A stretch of DNA of 64,000 bases, taken from Asterias rubens (Eukaryota). The notes under the pieces were generated by a model that worked only from the letters and a program-made list of their open reading frames with translations, did not search any database and was not told where the DNA came from. Each line of letters begins with the position of its first letter. Within the stretch, counting starts at the first letter, position 1. Positions 36,309-48,300 of the stretch are shown piece after piece. Made by a program: the position numbers and the translations under genes. The DNA lies in the NCBI RefSeq assembly GCF_902459465.1, contig NC_047066.1, positions 5,766,001 to 5,830,000 of the forward strand, given 5' to 3'.

Positions 36309-39300
36309 CTACTGATCCTGTTCATCAGTTGCTCCTCCTGCATCAGTGGTGTCCGTCTTGGTTTCCACACTAGTGTCCTCATCACCAGGGTGTACCCGGC
36401 TTGACCGTCTACGACCGACAGACAGCGCGCTGCTGAGCTTCCTGATGACTGTCGACAAAAAACTGCCCGACTTGTGGCTGGAGCCCGACTTGGACTGACT
36501 CGGGGAAGGATGGGAGGATACTTCTTTCAGGGGAGGAGGGGGAGTACCGAGCTCTCGATCAATGGAATGTGATTGCTCCATGTCGGCCACCGGGGCTGCA
36601 TCTTCCAATACGGAGCGAGTAGCTGCACCTGCTATGGTGGAATCGTCCGAGGTGCCAATGTAATAGGATTCCGGAACACAATGTGGCAGCGGGCTTTGTG
36701 CTCCAAATTCTTCGGAGCTGTTTGACGAGCTGACCAAGTCTTCACCTCCGCTGATTGATGACGATGAGATGAAGCTTAACTCCGAGGCTGGGGATGAGCC
36801 GGGACTACAATCTGGCTCAAGCCGTTCTTCAATGCCCAGCTCCCCACTGTTTTCTTCATCAATGGCCATCCTTTCCCCAGTGTTTGTGGACTCGTTTTTG
36901 TTTGCCAGTTCAAAATCCCTTTCTTGCTCAAGTTCTCCACTATCAGCTGGTTGTCCACTATCAGTCTTTTGTAAACTGTTGGCTGGTGTCACACCATCAA
37001 TCTGTCTGCCATTACTGGCTGTTTCCCTTTTGTCTGCCATTGCGTCCCTGTTGGTCGGTTCCTCATCATTGGTCTGTCCACTATTTTTGGCCAAATCCTC
37101 TGTACTGGCCTGTTGTCCATTGTCGTCTTGTTCTGTTGCGTTGACCAGTTCGCCACTTTTTACTTCACAGGGGCCATTGGTCAACACTCCCTCTGGTGTT
37201 TGAATGCTTCCATCCTTCACGTCGTCGAATACAGAGATGTCCTCAATGTTGCCCTCTGCAGAGTGCGACCCATTCCCATCACTTCCTAATGTACTGGCTT
37301 CTTTTCGATTGTCCAAGGCCAAAGGCTCTGCCTCATGAGACGCAATGCCTTCATCCAAGACCTTGGTTTCATCCCGTCTAGCCTGCTTATCATCTGGTGA
37401 GGCATCATCGATAGAAGCATCCATCGCCACCACACTTTCCCTATACCCATCAACATCGCTTTCAGCCTTCACTCTTTGTTCACAAGTCGGATCCCGTTGG
37501 CGGTTTTCAATTAAGTTGGGCGGTTTTTCAGAGTCATCTTGGCACTTTGCCGCCTGCGTTCCTTCTGCAATAACTGCTGCATTGGAAACACCAGTTGTAT
37601 GTCCACCATTTGGTACTTCCTCGTCAGCATGCTCAGAAACCGGCTCTTCAATGGTGTGACGAGCCTGGCAGAAGATAGAAAACAATATTCAGGATGTTAA
37701 AATTGGCGACAGCCGATAGTTAAAAATTGCATGATCAAAACATATAAAACAATGATTTGCTGAGTTGTTTCATCAATAGTGCTTTGTTTCCTTATTTCAA
37801 TCACAGATTTCAATTTGAAAATTTTGGGGTCTACTTGTTAATATTCAGAGATGGTCGGGGTGACTTTGGGAAGCTATTGTTGCTATGGTTTTCTGTTGGG
37901 TGTGTCGGTATCAGTCTCTCTCCGTGTTTTGTCTATGGTCTGTTAAAGACCTATAAACTCTGCATTCACTCGTCAGAATGGCCGTCCAAATGTTCTAGTC
38001 AGTGTTTTTGGTATATTTTTATTCACATTATCACATTGTGACCCGAAGGCCAAATTGCATGACAATTTACAATATAAAAACAACACAAATCATTGAAAAA
38101 AGGAACAAATTAAGAAGCAGCTCACAAGGAATATAAAGGCCCTATTTAGATAACTGGTAAAAAGTAAGCACGGGCAGTTTTATTAATAATCAAAATGCGA
38201 GTAATAATCTAGCACAGATTTGAGGTGGTGGCACTAATTAAAAAAAAAAAAAAAAAAAAGTTATTAAAAGCTGTTCACAGAGCAAAATATTCTACTTGTT
38301 CAGCAAGCTGATGAAATAGGGTATTGGGCTGTTTTTGAATCGTGATGTCCTGGTGCGTAAGTGTGAATAATGATGTGCATTACGCAGGTTGCGGGCGTGA
38401 GACTCCCGTCTGGTAGGAGGGAGAAGATCATATGTACGTTCTGACTTGGCAAGTCCTTCGGCCAAGCTGAGACAATGTTTCACCCTCCTATCAGCAAGAG
38501 ACTCAAGCCCGCAAAGCTGCATAGCATCCGCATACGAAGTATAGCGCTGTGCCAAAATTGTTCTGCATGCACGTTTTTGCAGGTGCTCCAGAGTCTTCTC
38601 CTGGGCAGCAGTAATTGAGGAAGACCAAGTAACATCCGCATATTCAACAGCAGGCCTCACATAACTTTTATAAATTGTTATGAGTTCAACATCATTAAAT
38701 CCAAACCTCTTAAGCAGTCGGAGCATATACAGTTTTTGATTGGCTTTCTTAGAAATTTCATTGATATTTTTATCCCATCGTAGGTCATTCTGTAGCCAGA
38801 CTCCTAGGACCTTTGCCTCAGATACAAAGTTCAGAGGGACTCCCGCAATGCTCAACTCGGCATGTGGTGGGGGTTTAGTTTTGAAACATGTTTGGATGGC
38901 TTGACACTTGGAGGGATTCAGGCTGAGTTTGTTGGTGTTGGTCCATTCAGTAAATTCATCAAGAACTACTTGCAGCCCACTAGGCTGGAAGCAGGAACGA
39001 TTTTCAGCAAATGTCAAGTCATCCACATATTTCCAGCACTTAATCTTTTCACCCAAATCATGAGCAGCGTCATTAATAACAACCTGGAAACCAATGGGGC
39101 CGAGTTTAGTTCCTTGCGGGAGAGCTCCACTGAGAACCTTGTACTCTGAGAGTGCTTGGTTGTATCGTACACATTGGGCGCGGTTGCTGACAAAGTCACA
39201 CAACCAAGGGACGATGGATCTACGGACTCCCAAGCGGATAAATTTTTCAATGAGGATGGTATGATCAATCATATCGAACGCCTTGGAAAAATCCGTCAGA

Positions 39301-42300
39301 ACCACCGTCCCAATGTTGTCAACCTTGTCGGCACTTTGATGGAGTGAATGAAGGAGACTAACTAAATAATGGGAGGTCGAAATGCCTTTGACATTGCCAA
39401 ATTGCTGTGGGTCAATTTTGTCTTGAATATCATCCAAAACCCAGTTTGTTACAAAACCCTCCCCAATCTTTGCAAAGCAGTCAGTCAAAGAAACTGGCCT
39501 GAGTTTATCAGCTGTAGGGGGGTTCGTTTTTGGTATTGGCACTACTATGGCCTTTTTCCATTGCTTAGGCACCACACCCTCTTTGTACGAGCAATTCAAC
39601 ACATCAGTTAAAGGTGAACTCAACTCATAGGCAAATTCTTTAACAAGCTTGGGAGAAATTCCATCGGGACCAGTTGCTTTGTTGGATTTGACTTTTTTGA
39701 GCTCAGTGTACACTTCCCAAGGATAGAGTGATGGTGGAGGTTCCATGGCTGGTAAGTAGGCCTCCAGAACATTAAGATCCAGTGGGGGGATATGAGAAGA
39801 AACCTTCACAAACTGATCATTAATTGTATTGGCAATGGTCACATGATCATCATCACTCACTCCCTGGACAAGTATTCTGAGGACAGCTTTAGTGTTTCCA
39901 GACATTGTTTTTATCTGCTGGTGCCACTTCCTTGGATTGGTTTCTTGTAGAATTCGGACTCTGTTAGCGTAGAAGTAAACTTTAGCCTTCTTGATCTCTC
40001 TACGTACCTCATTGCGTAGTTTATTGTACACCTCGACTCTCCCCGATCCGAACGCAACCTGTCTCTTTTTTACAAGTGATTGAACTTTCTGAGACATCCA
40101 TGGTTTACTACTGCTTTGGGTTATTATTGTCTGCATGGGAAAGAATCTATCAACTGCACCATGGAGAGACTCGTATAGTGCGTCTGCCTTACGCTGGGTA
40201 TTTTCAGCTTTGAGAACATTAGACCAGTCTTGTTCTTGGATCCACCTACCAAACTCTCTCAATTCTGTATCTTTCATGGGACGAAATGTCCTTTTGCTGC
40301 CCTGATTTTTTATAACATGCACTTTGGGTCTCCACAGGATACACACATGATCACTCTTTCCTAATGCTGACAAGGGAACTGGGTCTCTATAGTGAACATT
40401 GAAATTGGTCATGATAAGATCTAATGTAGCAAGTGCACGAGTGGGAAATTTAACCAACTGTTTTAGATTACAATGCTTGAGAATGTTGTTTACGGGCATT
40501 CTGTTGAAGTCCCCCATAATAGCAAAGCCTATGTCCGGATATTTAGTGTGGAGAAGGTCCATGGATTCCAATAGATGTTGTGTGAGAAGATCTTGGAGGG
40601 ATGAATCTGGTGGAATATAGACGCCACATACAGCGATGATCGATGTATCTCTGGGTAGCCTCTTAGGTTGTAATAGAGACCATACACACTCCAGCTCGTT
40701 GGGGACTGAGATTTCTGGAATCCCACTTGTAGTGATTTGTGACTTGACATAAACTGCAACTCCTCCACCTTTTGCATGACTACGAGACTTTGAAAAAATC
40801 TCATAGCCGTCAATGGAGAGCATATAGTCAGGCATATCAGGTCGAAACCAAGATTCAGTTATCACTCCCACATCTACAGATTCTTGATGTAAAAGCAGTT
40901 CAAAGTCATCAAATTTGTTCACAAGAGATTGAGCGTTGCAAAGCACGAATGTAGGAAAATCTCTCTTTGGATGTTCTTGAACTGATGTTAAAGTGTTGGT
41001 TTTAATCTCAGTAAGATTTGACAAAGTTACTCCTCTTCTAATGATCGTGGGGTTCTGTAAGTGAGGTCTATAAGCCTCCACAACTTGTATCTTCCTGTAC
41101 AGGTTCTTACCTCCACGACATCCCCTCTTATTTCTTTTTCGGCACGCCAATAAATCAATGAGTGTACTTTGTAGATGGGTGTCCGGTTGGAACAAGCAGT
41201 TGTTACTGTTCAAGCTCTTAAGAAAGCTATTGGAGTACGTATATCTGTTAATTGTAGGCATGTCTCTTGAGAGAGAGATATAAAAAAACTTCACAGTTTC
41301 AAATCTCACAGTTAATTAGTTTAGTAACGCTCACAGTAGTGTGAATATGGCATTCAGAGAGCTGACGAATGACATAGCACCGGCTATAGCATGCAGTCAG
41401 TGCCAGCGTCCTCAAAACAGTTCAGCACCAGATGAACAAGCAAGGTGGAGGTGTCAGCACCAGACTAAAAACTCCTATCAAATACTGGTTAGAGGCAGTC
41501 TAGTGTCACTCCTCTAAATGTGAAAACAATGTTCTGCAAAGACCACCGCAAAACTGTGGTAAAAACTCACTTTTAATACAAAGTCAACGAAAAATACTGG
41601 TGTGCAGGTGATCACGAGTACTCACATACTATAAAGTTCACATATTTGAGACAAACACCAACTCACAAGCAGCAAAACTGAGACAATCTATCGAAAAACA
41701 GCAGAGCAGTAAAAACATCATGATGCAGCCTCACGAAGGGCGCCCTCAAGAAAATGTGTAACCCTTTCGCTAAAATGAAAAGAGAACATCTCGCTTAACC
41801 CATCATTACTTGGTACTGCAATCTTCATTGTCGCTCACCTTCAATCTCCGTTTCGGCAAGTAACACACTCCCTCCGACTCATCAATCGTCACAAGTTCCT
41901 CTTGTGAATGATGAGCGGTCACATCCTCTTGATCTGCGTCTAAGATGTCGCAGATGTCGTCCATCTTATCCGAAAAGTTCTTGGAATGTTTTGAGTGCTT
42001 GGACAGCTCCCGGACCAATGTGTCCTTCAGGCATTTGGCCGAGCCTTGACAGAAGGTCATGTCGGGACGAAAGATGTTGCGAAAGGAGTTGCGACTGCCC
42101 GTGGTGTAAGACGACGCTACCTTGTGGTGACGATCTGGCTTCATGGAGATAGCCGAGAGGTTGGAATCTATCAGGTCCTCACTCACATTGATGAGGTTGT
42201 TGTGGTACATTGGGACGATGGTGCTGTAGTGATGATGACTGCTCTCCTTCGATGCTGCTTCGTTGTCGTCAGGAGGAAGCTTATCATCCGTCGGTATGTT

Positions 42301-45300
42301 CGTAGCTGAGATTTTATTCTCTGTTTTTGTGTGGTCGTGAGAGTCGGCATCATGGTGGATGAGCCTTCCTGAGCTGTCTGCCTTGAGCGAGTCTGCGGAT
42401 AACACCGCAGCTGTAACGTTGATGGAAACTTTCGACGAGGCAGAGGAGGTTGCGGAATGGTGCCTTGCCGGCATGACAGCTCCTTCAAAGACCTTCTTGT
42501 GGTTTCCCATTTCCTTCACGACCTCTTGGAGGTCTGTCGCAAAAGCTCCGCTCAGACATCCCTTCAGGGAGGTGACGCTTGTCTCCTCGGCAATGATCTC
42601 ATTCTCAACTACTCCAATAATGTCACCACCTTCTTCTTCACTTTCACTGCTACTACTGCTACTGCTACTACAGCTGCTGCTGCTACACTCACTCTCTGTC
42701 TGCCTCTTGTCCTCCTCATCGCCATCTTGTTCAACTTCAGGAAGTTGTTGTTTAATTTCAGAAAGGTGTTCTTTGGAGTGATTTTGGTCTTCGTGGTGAT
42801 GTTCGTGGTGATGTTCATGGTGATGATGCTCATGATTGTGGTGGTGATGATGTTGCATCTCCTGCTCCACATCCTCCAAGATGCCCATCACGTTCGCCAG
42901 GAGGATACTGTCACTCTCCATGTTCTCATCTGCTTCCTCCTCATTCATGCCAGAAGGGGAATCCTCTCTTTGATTATCTTTAAGGTCGAGATCTGCCTTG
43001 TCCCCAAGATGCTCTTCCTGTCGAGAACCTTCCATCTTGATGTCAACTTGGCTTTCCACTTTTTCCTCCGGAGCTTTGCCATCAGCAGGTAGTGTTTCTC
43101 TTGAACTCCCGAGCTCCACAGATTGATCGGTCGAGTTAAACGGTTTGCTCAAAGCATCCCTGTCAAACTCAACTTTTAAACTTTCAGCTTGCTTCTCTTT
43201 GTCCTCTTCTTTAGGACAGAGAGTTGAGTCCATCAACTTTAAATCGTGTTCTTCGGGAAACTGTTTTTTCGATGCTTCCTCACCGCTGTCTACCTCCCTT
43301 TCTAACTCTTCAACCTTCACTGTAATTGTTCTCGTACTCAACTGGTTCTCTTCTGATTGCTCGTGCTGAGTATTCTCGTTTCCTCTTTCTGCCTCTTGTT
43401 CAATTTCCTCACCGATTGCCATGTTCTCTTCAGCAACTTTGCTTCCTTCTTTGAGATTCAGGTCAGACTCAGTTTCCCAGAACTCGGTATCAGTCCATGA
43501 GTCGTCCTCAGACATTGAGTACTCCTCTTCGGCCGCATCTTTTTCATTCTCGCCATCTTCAATTCAATTAAATTCAAATCAATTAAACAAGTACTGAGTA
43601 CACAGTGCTAACACACATCGGTGTATGGGTAAAAACCAAAATTAATATTCTTTATCCCCGATTTTAACATCTATTATATCGTTGCGGTAACCGCTGCCAA
43701 AACATAGGATTCGAACTGCCTCTAGCTGCCGGGCAACCTCGGTAGTCTAGTTGGTAAGACACTGCTCTAGAATTGCAAGGGTCGTGGGTTCGAATCCCAC
43801 GAGAGTAACATGCCTGTGATATTTTTTCACAGGACTCGGGAAAGTACTGAGTATACAGTGCTAACACACATCGGTGTATGGGTAAAAACCAAAATTAATA
43901 TTCTTTATCCCCGATGCAATTTTAACATCTATTATAAATTAAACATTAGTTATGTATTCACAATAAGAAAAGGCGAAATCATTAGGACATAATAGAGAAC
44001 AATACAAGCTAAGAGTAACCATGACCAATGATAATGATAGGGCCTACTGAACAATTGTAACAATTATAAGTATGGAGGCTGTTCGAATAAGCCGAGGCTT
44101 GCGGGGAACAGCCCTAGACATGATACAAAAACAATAAGCAAAGACAACAAAACATAAAAAAACGAAACAAACAGACAGGAGATAATGCAAATTGTATTAT
44201 GAGTAAATTATAAAGATATAATAATGACAACATTAAGACCGGGGCCGAATTTCATAGATCTGCTAAATCAGAAAAATATTACTTAACAAATTCCTGCTTT
44301 TATAAGCAGAAATGAGCATGATACCAGTCACAAATTGTACATGTGACAAATGGTACCATGTTCTGGTAAGCATAAGTTTTGTTGTTCTTAGCTACTTTTT
44401 GTGCTTAAGCAGCTCTATGTAATTGAGCCCTGCTAAAAACAAAACAAACCAGGTTCTTCCATGTCAGTGTCAGATCCAACAATGTCTTGGTGAAGTTTCT
44501 CCTCGGGGACGGAGCCAGATGAAGTACTTCCTCCAGATGAAGATGACCGTGTACCAGAGGAGCGTTCGTCCCTGTCTTCCTCAGACCGATGTTGGCGTTT
44601 CTCCGCCTCCTCCTGATCCCTGTCCGGCCACGCCTTTACTGCCACGCCCTTTCCAACCACACCCTTCCCAAGATGCTCCCGGTCTCTCTCCTCCATCTTC
44701 ATCTTATCTTCCTCCTCATCACCACTCTCATCCGCCAAGTAAACATCCTGCATGATCGACACGGGTCCCGTCTGCTCATCGGCTCGGCACTCTGGAGACT
44801 GCCGGTAGTCCAGTGACGTCACCGAGAGCACCTGATCCGTTATGGTAATGACCGGCTTTTCTTTTACCAGCGGGGTGAAGACGAAGCTCTCATCGCTTGA
44901 TGAAATCGAGTCACGTGATGTTGAGTTTGTAAGACCCACGAGCTATTGAAATGAAATATATTATAATTCAATCAACATAATTTTTGACACGGAAGTTTGA
45001 TGCACAAAAATAGATTTTAATCAAACAGCAAAAGGTACTATACTTTCCGTTAAAATACTTATTTATAACTTTAACTGTCAGCTATCATGGTATTTTTTCT
45101 TTTGAATCTATTTGATTACTTTCCTGAGCTGAGTTTGTTGAACCATGGAGGTAGAATGGTTGAACCGCCATGATGAGGCGCTTGAAAACCAGTGTGGTCA
45201 CTTCACTGATTTCTGATATAGTGCTATTGGTATACAGCGGGAAACCCGACCAAAAGAAGCATAACGGTCCTACCGGATTCTTACTAACGGACACAGTTTT

Positions 45301-48300
45301 TTCTCTAGTATAATTGCTGAATATTTTACACCTGAAATAAATAGATTCTTACCCTGGATGTTGAAGCGCTTGCAGCCTCATCGGTCTTCTTCTTCTCCTC
45401 ATTTAGTCTTGTCTCAAGCTGTTCTTCGTGATCTTGAAGTTTCCCGTTCAATATTTTGGTCGTGTGTCTGTAAATAGCTGTCATGTCACAAAGAGAAAGT
45501 TTGTCTGTGAACATTTTGTCGCGACCCCTTCTTTGTGAGTAGTTTATGTCTTTTCAAAATCTGTTTTACAGAAAGTTCACTGTTAAATGTGCTTCGGGAT
45601 AAAGAATACTATTTGGTTTTACTCTTACATCGATGTTTGAAGCACTGTACTCAGTACTTTCCCAAGTTCTGTGAACACAAACCACAGGCATATTACTCGG
45701 TGGGATTCGGACCCACGACCATTTGCAATTCTAAAGCAGATGTCTTTATCACTAGAAAAATGAGACTGCCCGGTAGCTATATATGGCGCGCTCGGAACCT
45801 ATATTTTAGCAGCGGGCACCGCAACGATTTAATAAAAATGCTAAATTTGCATCGGAGAAAAAAAGTGCTTTTACCCAAAAGTTTACTTGACCCTGGACAA
45901 GGCCCAATAATAAAGGTGCAGTGCACTCTACTGTTTGAAGAGTTCAAAACAACTTACTTTTTGTTTTTAAATGTTGGTTCAAAATAACAAGTTGATAGAA
46001 CCGTTATAATATTTGGTGTAAATCTACATTGAAATTCCTCTACATGTGTCGTCCATCACGGCAGCTTACCCATTTGTCGCCGGTGTCGGCGGTTGTATTT
46101 CTCTCTGATCTTGGATAGTCTCTTGTCGAGTCGCCTGGCGATTATTGCTTCTCTCTCGGCAACGAGTTTGGCCCTGGCATCCCTGATATTCTCAAAGACG
46201 ACTTGAGTGGACAGATTTCGGGAAAGAGGGGAAAGAGTATTAAGATGAACTTCCCCGATACACATAAAACTACAGTACTATGAAGCTCTGTTACCTCAAT
46301 TATATCGCTTGCTCATGGGACGAGGAAACCTTAAATGGTTGAGTAGTAACGACACTTGAACTATACCGTTCGTGAGCAGACCTATTTGTCAACACTTTTC
46401 CCAAAATGTATCACTTCGCTACTTCAAACTTGCCCTTTTAACCCAGGACGTAAATTCTCTTAATAAATTATACAGCATATTTCACAAGTGGTGAGAATTG
46501 TGATTGAACAAAGATCGCAACGTGTTAAATTGCGCTCGAACTAGGCCTGCGTAATGGGGAAAAAGTTTGCTACGTAAACAAAAATGGATCACCGCGCGGA
46601 TTTTAAGAAAGGCCAACTGTTGTTTGCAAATTACGCAAATTCGACGTTTTTGTGGAGAACTTTTGGAAACTGTGAGTTTAGAACTGCGTCCGTGCGGAAA
46701 ACTCGTCAGTCGGACAACTCGACTCGGGTCGGGCAGATTGACAAGTCGCCTGTGAGGCAACTGGACACGGAGTGCCAAGACAAGACGACATGGTGAATTG
46801 CTGATCTCCGTTACTGTACGAGTTGCCTGATAACCCACCACGTATCTTCTCTTAACTCACGTGGGCTACCTTGTTGCTTTGCTCGGTGGGCCTCAGCCAT
46901 CCTCCTTCGCATGACTTTGACCTTTTTTCCCTTAGTCTCCTCCTCGTGTCGTTGGTCGGCCTCTTGGGTCTGCTGGAGCTCGTGCGCCGTCTCTCGTCTT
47001 TCCCATTGCTCCTCAAGCTAAAAGCAGACGAAAGAAATTTTGTTGTCGATCTGGAGTCGGCTTTGAAGCTCTTCGTGGTGACATTTTAAACTTGGGCCTG
47101 CGGTGGCTGATTTGCAGTATTTTGTTAGTAATCTTTTAGTCTTGCAATACATCTTTATACTGAAATTAACGATCACTTTGAAGAAGACAAAAATCAATTG
47201 GGGTTGAACAAAGAAAAAATTGACTAGAGTTAACTTGCCGGCACTCTACCAACTGACCTATCTAGCCCGATGTTGGCGGTCTTTTTTCACTTTTTTCCAT
47301 CATGGAAGTGTTCTGCCTCTGCAAATTTGGTTATGTTTTTTTTCTTCTAACCAATAAGCCGGAATAGCATGCAAATAATTCATGTTAGAGAAAAAAAATG
47401 GGTGAATTTTATATTTTCGAACCCTGAATGCGAAACATACTAAGAATTGGGACAAAGGCCAGATGGACGTTTAATGGTCCGATTTCGGCGAGAGATAAAG
47501 CAACTCAATTTTTTTATAAATATACTAGTCCAAAGAGTTAGATAATGTTTCACTCGGTAATGTGTCTGCTCCTGACCATGTTTACCTTCATTTCTCGCTT
47601 GGCCGCCTTGATGAGTTTCCTTCGTTCAAGTTCCCTTTCTCGTTCCACCTCCTCTTCGAGACGTTTCTTCAGCTGAAGAAATTGCCTCTCATGGGCCGGG
47701 GTCTTATTGGGAAGAAAACAAATGTTGAAAGAATTAAAATGTTCGGTTTTATGTTTCAACTTTCTATTTTGCTAGGAGGAGTGGGAAAACTACCAATCCA
47801 CGATAAGTTAGTGTTTTGCTGGGTTCCTTTATACGTGCATTACCATTCCTAGTAGCCTACATGGGACAAACAGCTTTATGCCCCCCCCCCCCCCCCCGAA
47901 GGAAAATGCATTATCAACATATTAATATCGACCTTTTTAAAGCCATTGGACACTTTCGGAACAGAACAAAAAATAAAAGTTCACAGATTTACAAATAACT
48001 TACAGGGTGTACAACTAATGGTAAAATACTTGTCTTGATATATTATTCCATGAAATGCTTTACTTTTTGAGAAAACAGTAAAACAATATCAATTCTCGAT
48101 ATCGAGAATTCAAATTTAGTTTAAACACATGTCATGACACGGCGAAACGTGCGGAAACAAGGGTGGGTTTTCCCGTTATTTTCTCCCGACTTCGATGACC
48201 GATTGAGTCTAAATTTTCACAGGTTTGTTATTTTTATAGATAAGTTGTGATACACGAAGTGTGGGCCTTGGATAATACTGTTTACCGAAAGTGTCCAATG

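Noticed and set aside
41806-41838. ORF-track stop at 41806 suggesting the gene ends before the LINE
   Set aside because: A strong AAG|GTGAGC donor at 41839/41838 splices in phase to the 37664 acceptor, so these codons are most likely intronic. A short terminal isoform cannot be excluded.
43736-43806. Possible tRNA-Ser(AGA) gene
   Set aside because: Broken acceptor and anticodon stems, no long variable arm, no T-run terminator, and embedded in a dispersed repeat.
36769-44816. Many plus-strand ORFs overlapping the FSIP2-like exons and the LINE
   Set aside because: Antisense shadows of real coding sequence with no independent homology.
45085-45294. Protein-like open frame in FSIP2-like intron 9
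   Set aside because: The flanking exons already join in phase and I found no convincing phase-compatible acceptor/donor pair.
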